From assembly GCF_964204865.1 (NCBI RefSeq), contig NC_135263.1, positions 12,958,001 to 13,022,000 of the forward strand: a DNA stretch of 64,000 nt. The letters are read 5' to 3'. The position numbers were made by a program, and so were the translations under genes. Shown piece by piece: positions 55,401 through 64,000 of this stretch; position 1 is the stretch's first letter, and every line of letters starts with the position of its first letter. The DNA is from Styela clava. Lineage: Eukaryota. The notes under the pieces were generated by a model. It was not told the origin of the DNA and did no database searches. It worked only from the letters and a program-made list of their open reading frames with translations.

Positions 55401-56349
55401 AAGGTTAAGGTGGTAGAGTTTTTCAAATTTAGAATTGAAATTGAATAGTACAAAATTGAGTATAGAGGCCCGTAAGAGCTTCAGCCCATAAGTTTCAGTT
55501 TACCTTGTTCAATGGAAAATCCGACCCTGCTTTTGCATCCAGATTTCTCTCCCTAACTGTCCATTAACAAAACTGAATTAGATCACGTTGCTTTCGCGCG
55601 GCAAATGTGAAAAGAAAATAAATTCATGTCTGTGTAATATTTATATGATCTGTCAACATTTTTATTCCATAACTGAAGCACTATTTATTTAGATATTGTT
55701 ATATTAAACTCTACTCCAATCTATATATTTTTGCACCATGACGTTTCATATATTGACTCAATTGATGTTTATTGCTATTTTCAATATCCACTGCGAAGCA
55801 CCATCAAGGTGAAATATCTTTAACCACTAAACATCGTCATAACAACGAAGCAACTAAAATGTTGCCGATTCTATTCCAAGCACGGGTATAAACTTCGCTA
55901 CACAACGTGTTTAAAGTCGAAAAAGCTGTATATGAACTGAAAATATATATCAATCCGTATTCAAACTTGCTCTGCTCAAACCTCCCATGCAAAAAAAACA
56001 CAACGGGTTTTCGAACTTCAGCAAGCAGTAACATAAAGCAATTAAAGCCTATTGCACAATACCATATTTTATTATAGATTGGCGACCCTTGCGGAAATCC
56101 TTATGGATCGGGAAGATGGATGAACAAAGATAATACATTTGGGTGCTATCAGTGTGATGCTGGCCAATACTGGGATTCATATAACAGCAAATGCTCTGCT
56201 TGTCAAGGGTCACGGACGAGCTGTCAAAACAACGTATTATCAAATGCATGTAGTCAACATCGGAGGTCAGTCTAAGTTTCAAATAGTTAAATATTGATAA
56301 TCCTTGATTTCTTACAACCCTAAATCTCGAATATCTTCAGTATCTAAAT

Positions 56350-57046
56350 CAGGGTGGTCCAAACCCATGCCCGCGGGCCACAAGTGACCCGCTTCACATT
56401 CGGCGAGTAATCAAAATATATCATTTGGTGTTGTTTTGTCATAAAATTGAACAGAAACTTTTTTTGATATATTGTTACATAACTAATGTTACTGCATTGA
56501 CCTGTGTTATAACTATCTGAGGTAACTAGCGAAGTTTAATGATGTGCTTGGCAGTCTAAATTGTTATTTTGCTTTCTATCATTTTGGTCGGGAGTATACG
56601 CTAACAATTTGGGAATCTTTAAAAACCTAAAAATCAAATGTGGATTATATTTGCCTAGGTTGGCTATGCCTATTATTGAATATCAATATTATGTTTTTTG
56701 GCAACCAGCATAAGCTGTATTACCGAAAAATGCTCTCTAGATGTCGGAAAATTCAGTAATTACCACCCATGTATCTTACATTTGGCTATTTTGTAAACAT
56801 GAAATTGAAAAAACCTGACAAATCCATCGATATTAATTGGATGTGACCACATCGGTGTCCGTGACTATAGAAACACCTATGCAGGTTTTGGTAAGTTTTT
56901 GGTGATGTTTTGCATGTTTTAGTTTGATAAATTACCAAATAGTTTTCAATTTGTTTGTACCAAAATGGATTTGTTGTGTATGTGACCGGCAAAAAATGCA
57001 AAATAATTTAGTTGGCTCCCGGAGCTGACAACCTTGGACCGCCCTG
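56350..57046. mobile_element. hAT MITE with perfect 8-bp TSD ATCTAAAT
   Basis: TIRs cagggtggtccaa ... ttggaccgccctg; TSD at 56342-56349 and 57047-57054. Confidence 0.85.
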
Positions 57047-57054
57047 ATCTAAAT

Positions 57055-57629
57055 CAGTGATTTCCAACCGGTGTTCCGACTAACACTGGTGTTCCAAGAG
57101 AGACTTCCAGGTGTTTCGCGAAAATTCGCTTTTTAATTACTATGACGTCATAACTGAATTTTAATCAGCCGATGTGCTTTTACGAATTATACACGACCAC
57201 ATGTTAAGATTAAAATACTCTGATGTGTTTCTATAAACTTTCTGGGTTGAAGCCTTAATTAAAGTAATTTCCAGCTTCTGCAAAAAACGATTTCGATCTT
57301 GCTACCATTTTTCACGACCTATCTTGCAAAATGAGCTTTTTGAGTATGAGCGCTACAAAAGGTAAAAAGCGTGATAAATTGAAGGACGGAGGAGGAAGAG
57401 CGTGTTCGTGGCTTTTCAATTTTAGCCAGAATAAAATATTTAAACTCATTGAAACAGGTCCAGATATCCCATTAAAATATCATTTCTTTTCTAGCTAACC
57501 AGAGTTTGCCATAAGCATTTATTTGTATCGTACTTTAGCTTTTATTTCCAAAAATCTCATTTAGTGTTCCGCCACAATTTTTAGATTAAAAAAAGGGTTA
57601 CCCGGTACAAAAAAGGTTGAAAATTACTG
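57055..57629. mobile_element. hAT (Charlie-like) MITE abutting the previous element
   Basis: TIRs cagtgatttccaacc ... ggttgaaaattactg with internal gtgttcc motifs; the right TSD is degraded. Confidence 0.7.
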
Positions 57630-57711
57630 ATCCACTGGTCAGTTAAATCCACGTTCACACAAACTTTTGTGCGTAAGGTAATGTTAATCAACTGAATCAG
57701 TATATCAGTAT

Positions 57712-58064
57712 TAGAGCTAAGAGCTGAAGCCCGAGCTCGACCCGAAATTCAGTCCGGGTCGGTCCTGAAATGGCAATCATTACGTTCGGGTCGGGTCGGG
57801 CTTCTCTCTATCACTACCTTATTTTTAATGAGGTGTTTTGGCCACGAGAGACCGTGGTCTGCATAAAAACAGAAGTTGCCTCCTCAACACGACACATAAC
57901 GTACTAAACTTTTGCAATGACAATTCAAAGAACTCCTAAATTTAAATATTAAATTTCGGGCTCGGGCCTGCAAATCCAGTTAATTAGTCGGGGTCGGGTC
58001 GGGTTTAATGCCCACGGGTCTGGGTCTGGTCGGGCTGGAATTTTTGAGCCGCCTTTTACCTCTA
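57712..58064. mobile_element. hAT-type MITE with (CGGGT)n subterminal repeats and 8-bp TSD ATCAGTAT
   Basis: Ends tagagctaa ... ttacctcta; TSD at 57704-57711 and 58065-58072. Confidence 0.8.
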
Positions 58065-59165
58065 ATCAGTATATAAAGTTTGAATCGTATGGCCTACCAA
58101 TTGGAAAATAACAAATATCGAAATCCATAAAAAAAACTATATTTCTCGTCTTTGTAGAGACTGCGAGGGCACTTCACCCATCACACCCACAGAAACTGTT
58201 TTGACGGATCAAGCAGCGACCAATACTTTGTCGACTATTATCAGCACGACGTCAATTGAAGATATTACCAATCCAACAACTAATAAAGAGATAAGCAGCG
58301 TCGATATTCTGTTGGATACTTCACCCCCAACGCAACTGTGCTTGACTATAAATACAACTGTGAAGACCAGTGTCGAACACAACGCAATTACACATACAAA
58401 GCCATGGGTCTACATCATTATCGGAGTTGTGGTGCCACTATTTCTTGTTATTATCGCTTTTTTCATCAAAGTATATAAACATCGCATAACACAACGAAGA
58501 AAAAATACACCATAGAACGTGTCTCATTCTGAGCAAAGGTTGCTCAAACACAAGCAAGTTTAATAGACTATACTGTATAAAATACGCCATAATGAATTAG
58601 TGTGATAACACTTTTATTTAATTTATGTCAAAATATAAAACAAATTAGGTATAGCTTGTATCAATTATATATATAATTGTTTTATATTTTTGGATAATAT
58701 TCGAAATACAACGAAAAACACGACACAAACTCTTCAAATTAATGTGTGATATTCATTGGATACTTCTGTTAAACAGTGAATAGAAATACCGCAACAAAAC
58801 GCAAAATATCAGGTCATGAAATAGTAACAAGATTGTTTTTGTTTGCTCAGTGTAGCCCTGAAGATCGGAGCTAAATGGAAATAGAAACACTGGGTATTGG
58901 AAATACTCTAGCGTTTATGACTTATGATGCTTCGTTCCTTGGCGAGTGGTGGCTTTTGAGTGTATTCAAAGATGAATCGGTCTGTACTCGCCTGGTAGGT
59001 CATTTTTCATGTGTGTGGTACAGATTTCACAACAAGGTTTAAGGTTATTGTTTGGTTATTGTGTATGATAAATTGTACACATATATGGGATATGAAAAGG
59101 ACTCGCACTCTTGCGCGTGAGTTGATCACAGTTATCGAGCTTGTTCAACGATGTTTTATCTAAAC

Positions 59166-59737
59166 CAGTGTTTCCCAAACTTTTTTCTGCCAGCGCCCAC
59201 TTGGACGAAGAAAAAGTGTTGCCGTTTTCCAATTTATGTATTACTTATGTAGCCTTATTATTCAATGACCCAAGAAAGAAAAATGAACCAGTCAAGTTGC
59301 AACATGAAGATGGTTCTATCTGGCGTACGCCAGTTCAATCAGATGCCCAGCTCTCACGTGTTGCTCTTAACAAAACCCAAATTATAACATAAGGATGTTG
59401 TACTTACACTACCTCCTAAAAGCATCAATAAACCCGATAGTAAAATGAAGCTGTTATTCAATACAACGAAACGTGAAGTGCCTGGTGAAGGTAGACTATA
59501 CCGTATGCGCTAGACTAGTATCATTGTGAAACAACAATACGGATTTAAAAAGTCCTAATACCTATTCTACGGTAAGCGAGAAATTTCCAACTCCGAAATC
59601 ACAAGCAAACTAGTTTGAACCAAAACATATAGGAGTAAATGACATAAAATATCACACTTCATGTGAATTACCGTATTGATGTCAGCGCCCCCCAATCGCC
59701 CAGTTTGACGGTCAGCGCCCAACTTTGGGAACCGCTG
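59166..59737. mobile_element. hAT (Charlie-like) MITE
   Basis: TIRs cagtgtttcccaaa ... tttgggaaccgctg; TSD ATCTAAAC/ATCTGAAC. Confidence 0.8.
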
Positions 59738-59789
59738 ATCTGAACTATTCAACTTCTTCCGACGTCTTCCGATCGAAATATCCGACAAA

Positions 59790-62100
59790 ACAGTGTTTTT
59801 TTTCATATTAAAAACCCAACCAAGATCATGACACGTATCGACTTTTCTCTCATTTCCAAACATCTGGTCACGCAGATGACAAAATGTGCTATTATTCCTG
59901 CGGTCAATTCAGACCACGCCCTATGTACTTCAGACTTGAACATAAACCAAGTCAAGAAAGGAAAAGGATACTGGAAACTCAATTGTTCATTGTTAAAAGA
60001 TGAAAATTACCTAAATCTAATGAAAGGACAATATCCAATGCAATATTTGATCATTCTCATGAACCGGTTGATCCCCTGTTGTTCTGGGATGTTCTGAAAT
60101 GTTTGATAAGAAGGGAAAGCATAGCTTATGCAAGTACACAGAAAAAACAAAGAAGAGAATTGGAATCTAAAATCAGCCAACTAAGAAACGAAATGCACTC
60201 AAATAATTCGACAGACACCTATCAAAATCTTTTGAAGGAACAGGAAAAGCTGAATTTATTATATCAAAGCATAACACATGGACATATTATACGCAGTAAA
60301 GCAAAATGGGCTGAAGATGGAGAAAAAACTCTAAGTATTTTTTTGGATCTGAAAAACGAAAAAAGATAAATTCTACAATATCGACCTTAAAACAGAACAT
60401 AGTATCTCAACCAATCAAGAGGATATAATGAAAGTAATACAAAGATTTTACGAAACACTGTATAGTTCTGGTCAACCTGACCATATTCATACCCAAAATA
60501 TTATTGAGACTCTAAATATATCTTCTACGATAAAAGATATTTCTTTTAGGTGCACAGGACAAATAACAGAACAGCAATGTAAAAATGCACTTTTTAAAAT
60601 GACAGACGGCAAAAGTCCAGGTTTAGACGGATTACCTTGCGAACTAAAGACTTTTGGGAAGATTTGAAATGTTATAACCAGGCGTGTATCGCTGGTCACA
60701 TGAGCCAAACTCAATGTGATGGAATAATAATCCCTTATAGTGAAGAAAGGAAAAGACGCCGATAACTAATTTAAGAAACTATCGACCCATTACGCTATTG
60801 AATAGGGATTCCAAAATTTTAAGTAAAGTTCTCACGACATAAATCCAAACAGTAATGAACGATATAATTCACAAAGATCAAAGAGGTTTTATTCAAAACA
60901 GACAAATGGGAGAAAACATACAATTACCTTGTGATATAATAAACCATACAACATACAATAAAATACCTGGTACAATTATTGGATTGGATATTTGTAAAGC
61001 ATTTGATAGTGTCGAATGGTGTTTCCTGTTCCAGTCACTAAAAGCATTCGGATTTCAAAACAACTTCATTTCGTGGATAAAAATTCTTTATAACCAAAAC
61101 AAACTATTCATAACAAACAATAATTTCTTTTCTGGGGCAATTATACCACAAAGAGCGCTTAAACAAGGCGCCCCAATCTCACCGTATTTATTTCTTGTAG
61201 TAATAGAAATTTTCGCAACGATGGTTCGTAATAATAAAGATATCACTGGATTTAAAATTGCAGAAAACGAAATTAAAATAGCCCTAGCTGCAGATGATAC
61301 AATATTCTTCACAGATGGTTCATCTAAAAGCATTGAAACCTAATTTCGAACAGCTGAAGTGTTTGGAACTATATCAGGATGCAAAACAAATGCTGAAAAA
61401 TCACAAGCAATGAATATTGGAACTAAATGTGGCATAATTTAACAAAATATTCACAACAATCTCAACTGGACTCATGAATTTAACATTTTTACCTGTTACT
61501 ATTCCCAAAAAATTTGTTAAATCACTGAATTCTGTAATATTTCGTTTTTTATGGAATTCAAATTGGGGAAGAATCAAACGTAAAACATTGATTGGCCCAA
61601 AAATGAAAGGTGGAATTGATATGGTAGACATTGAAAGTACCAATATTTCTAAAAAACTGAAATGGTTGTAGATAGTCGTAGATGAGTCGAAAGAGGGTAA
61701 TTTGAAAACTATTAAACTTTATTATTTACGTGATATAGAAATACATTGTTTCCTGAAAGGAAATTTATGGTATAACTCTCGTTTCATAAAAAATCTTCAT
61801 TTTATAACAATTAAGGATACAATTTGTACCTGGTACATATATAGGGAATTACCATCTAATGCCAATATCCATCTCTATAATGAACCATTACGTTACAACA
61901 AGAAATTACAAAATGCAAGAATGCCATTTTTAATGAAAAAATGGAAAGAACAGGGAGTCTGTGAATTACACCATTTGGTGAACAGAAATCGATTAAAATT
62001 TTAATGTACGATTATCAAAAAACTTGACCATGTTTATCGTCATAAAAATATGGAAGAATATCTAAAATTCACTCTATATATAAAACTGCCCGCGTTTACA
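59790..62100 (+). mobile_element. Degraded, 5'-truncated L1/Tx1-like non-LTR retrotransposon (end of endonuclease plus reverse transcriptase)
   Basis: Fragmented ORF2 motifs: RIDF..SDH, GYWKLNCSLL, IIRSKAKWAEDGEK, KSPGLDGLP, NYRPITLLN, DQRGF, LDICKAFDSV, LKQGAPISPYLF, AADDT (YADD position), FLWN, PKMKGG. Many stops and frameshifts; boundaries approximate. Confidence 0.9.
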
Positions 62101-62616
62101 GCGAAAGATAACTAGAAAATCACAAAAAATGCAAATTTCTGCCCTGGTGATCACGTTCTCCATAAGAGCCAATGTTAAAATTATTTTGTTTACGCCACTT
62201 TTATTTTTGCGCGTAGGATGGGTTTTGAATGACTAAGGTTTATTACAAATGTATGATGTAACAAATAATGACATCATAAACGTAAATACGTTTTGAGCTA
62301 TGTAGGCTATCCCCTATCATATCAACGGTTAACGCCTAAATACGACGCATAATGACAAACGTGAAATTTATTTCGAAGGATATCGCACTACTATGCTCCG
62401 CTGCTCTCTTGCGCTACACTGCGACAACTATAAACTTTATTGGTAATATAACACCGTGAATCTTTCGTAAATTAGATGACATCATCAGCACATCATTGAG
62501 TGAGATCCTTAAATTTTCAAAAGATGCTTCCGCATATATGATAAAAAAAATATTGCGCTGTCTTAATTATTTCTTTGACCGCCAAATATTTATCTTGTTA
62601 TATTAGGCCCATATCA

Positions 62617-62827
62617 GGGTAGTTCCGTTGTGCGTGTACCAGGTTTGGGTTAGGTCATAATTTCATTCGATTTTCCTTATTTTAATTCCATTGCAAGTTC
62701 GGGGACTGTCTGTTTAGCCAAGTGAATATACCCCATGCCCATAGTTTTCAGTCCCTTCACACAACTTGATGTAAATTAGGCGGAACAAAGTAAGTTACCT
62801 CCATATTGGTGTTGGTCTGGATTGCCC
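62617..62827. mobile_element. MITE related to 19023-19259
   Basis: Shares 'gtacca..ttagg.cataat..attttccttattt..agttcggggact..agccaagtga'; absent from the paralogous site at ~53728. Confidence 0.5.
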
Positions 62828-62951
62828 AAGTCAGCAACCTGGGGATTTTCTTGAAATCTTCGTTGAGCAACCATATTGCGACATGTGTCAGAGCTGCCAG
62901 CGCCCTTTAAACTAAAGGCAGGCTAGGCCTATCTACGTTTTTCCCCTTAAA

Positions 62952-63826
62952 ATGGACGTAACAAAGAGATATGGATGGTTTATGCTGATATTGATGTTTA
63001 TATGTTATTCGGACGTCTTGACAAAGACAAAGGTTAACTTACGGAAACGCACGGTAAGTAATCTAAGATTTCATATTATAACTGAGAAATCTGAGCAAAA
63101 TTTTAATATGAATGTAAAATGCTCATACAAGAAAAAACAACGCCACCAATAGTAAGAATCGCAGCTGCACGTGAGTAACATAATGATACTAAAACTGTCA
63201 CTCCGACTTAAAACAATCATTTACATTTCTAAACCACTGTCAGTGTTCCATATGCATTGATCAATTCTCATTCTAGTGACCCAGCTCGTAGAACCACTAT
63301 TGGTTTAATTCGTCTTAACTGTGTGAAAGACTAATCATGAATGAACGTAAAATCTCAGTGAGATTTGTAACGAATATGGAACGACTTTTTATAATTCTAA
63401 ACCGAAACTAGCTAGTTACACCTAGTTTTAAAATATTGTTTCAAATATAGCTGTTATTTTCTATAGATATTTGTAAGTAATGGTACGGCCCCGCCGCTAC
63501 CACTAGTGAACGGCAGACAAAAAGGCAATACTTTTTTTTTTTAGAAAAAAAGTTCAATATTGTTAGATTATTCTTAGTGCTTTACTCCACCAAATTTGTA
63601 GTGTAATGATGTTATTGTGCTTCAATATTATAATATAATACATATCACGATGTAATTTTCAAATTTTTAGAAAGAAAGGCACATTCACCCACATAGATAC
63701 CACAGCAAATGCAATGTTGGGGAATATCGGTCTAGAAAAGACAGAAAATGTTTACCTTGCACGGATCCCGAATACACAAATCTCATTCCAAGTAATAGGA
63801 AATCATGCAAAAATCATATAAAGTAG
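62952..63826 (+). CDS. CRD-family gene E: signal peptide, basic segment and 4-Cys mini-CRD; exons 62952-63053, 63671-63826 (85 aa secreted form), or splicing after 63822 to exons beyond the window
   Basis: MDVTKRYGWFMLILMFICYSDVLTKTKVNLRKRT|gtaagt, joined in phase 0 to KERHIHPHRYHSKCNVGEYRSRKDRKCLPCTDPEYTNLIPSNRKSCKNHIK*, clearly homologous to the A2 CRDs. Confidence 0.72.
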
Positions 63827-64000
63827 GTGACTGAGAATAATTTATTTATATCAGATCGTGTCAAGACTTTTAAGAAACCGATTAAAGCATAGAATCGCTC
63901 TTTTGAAAAAGATGAAAGTACGGAAATTGCCATAATATAGAAATAACCTAAATCGCCTATATGTAGTTTGTCCGTTGGAATTTCATTTGTGAATATTACT

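Larger units (their letters stand above)
55738..58563 (+). pseudogene. CRD-family gene D, probably damaged or truncated; exons 55738-55808 (tentative), 56078-56265, 58158-58515 (ancestral stop at 58563)
   Basis: Intact 8-Cys CRD (CYQCDAGQYWDSYNSKCSACQGSRTSCQNNVLSNACSQHRRDC) and TM. The putative exon 1 has a 10-bp deletion relative to B/C (phase 2 instead of 0), and TAG at 58513 aligns with an Asp codon of B/C. Confidence 0.6.

Noticed and set aside
63855-63935. Cationic peptide IVSRLLRNRLKHRIALLKKMKVRKLP after an AG
   Set aside because: It is only ~30 nt from the CRD exon end, too short for an intron; use would require skipping the CRD exon, which has no support.
1-64000. Prokaryotic systems (CRISPR arrays, operons, a recently transferred bacterial beta-lactamase), tRNA or rRNA genes
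   Set aside because: The genes are intron-rich and the repeats lack repeat-spacer regularity; no tRNA or rRNA sequence was recognised.

Overview
AT-rich eukaryotic (invertebrate animal) genomic DNA with spliced genes; most short six-frame ORFs are exon fragments or noise, and the species cannot be determined from the sequence alone. All gene models below were spliced by hand from splice sites and intron phases and have no transcript support. (1) A 5-exon orphan type I membrane glycoprotein (2650-8208, +). (2) Two intact, tandem 10-exon LACTBL1-like serine beta-lactamase-family genes (12011-16862 and 19715-25114, -) sharing a GC-AG first intron. (3) From 28.8 kb to the window end, a tandem array of six related + strand genes (A1, A2, B, C, D, E). 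They are built on a small Cys-rich exon whose core C-x3-[EQ]Y[WR]-x6-C-x2-C has the same spacing as the BCMA/TACI-type TNF-receptor cysteine-rich domain (CRD). The array mixes short-tailed membrane forms (1 or 2 CRDs, Ser/Thr stalk, TM), a secreted form with a polybasic tail, a probably secreted 4-Cys mini form, a damaged copy and orphan exons. It was shaped by a recent ~9 kb tandem duplication. The region also carries Helentron-type (HINE) elements (one nested), hAT and other MITEs, a near-perfect 175-bp palindrome and a degraded L1/Tx1-like LINE.
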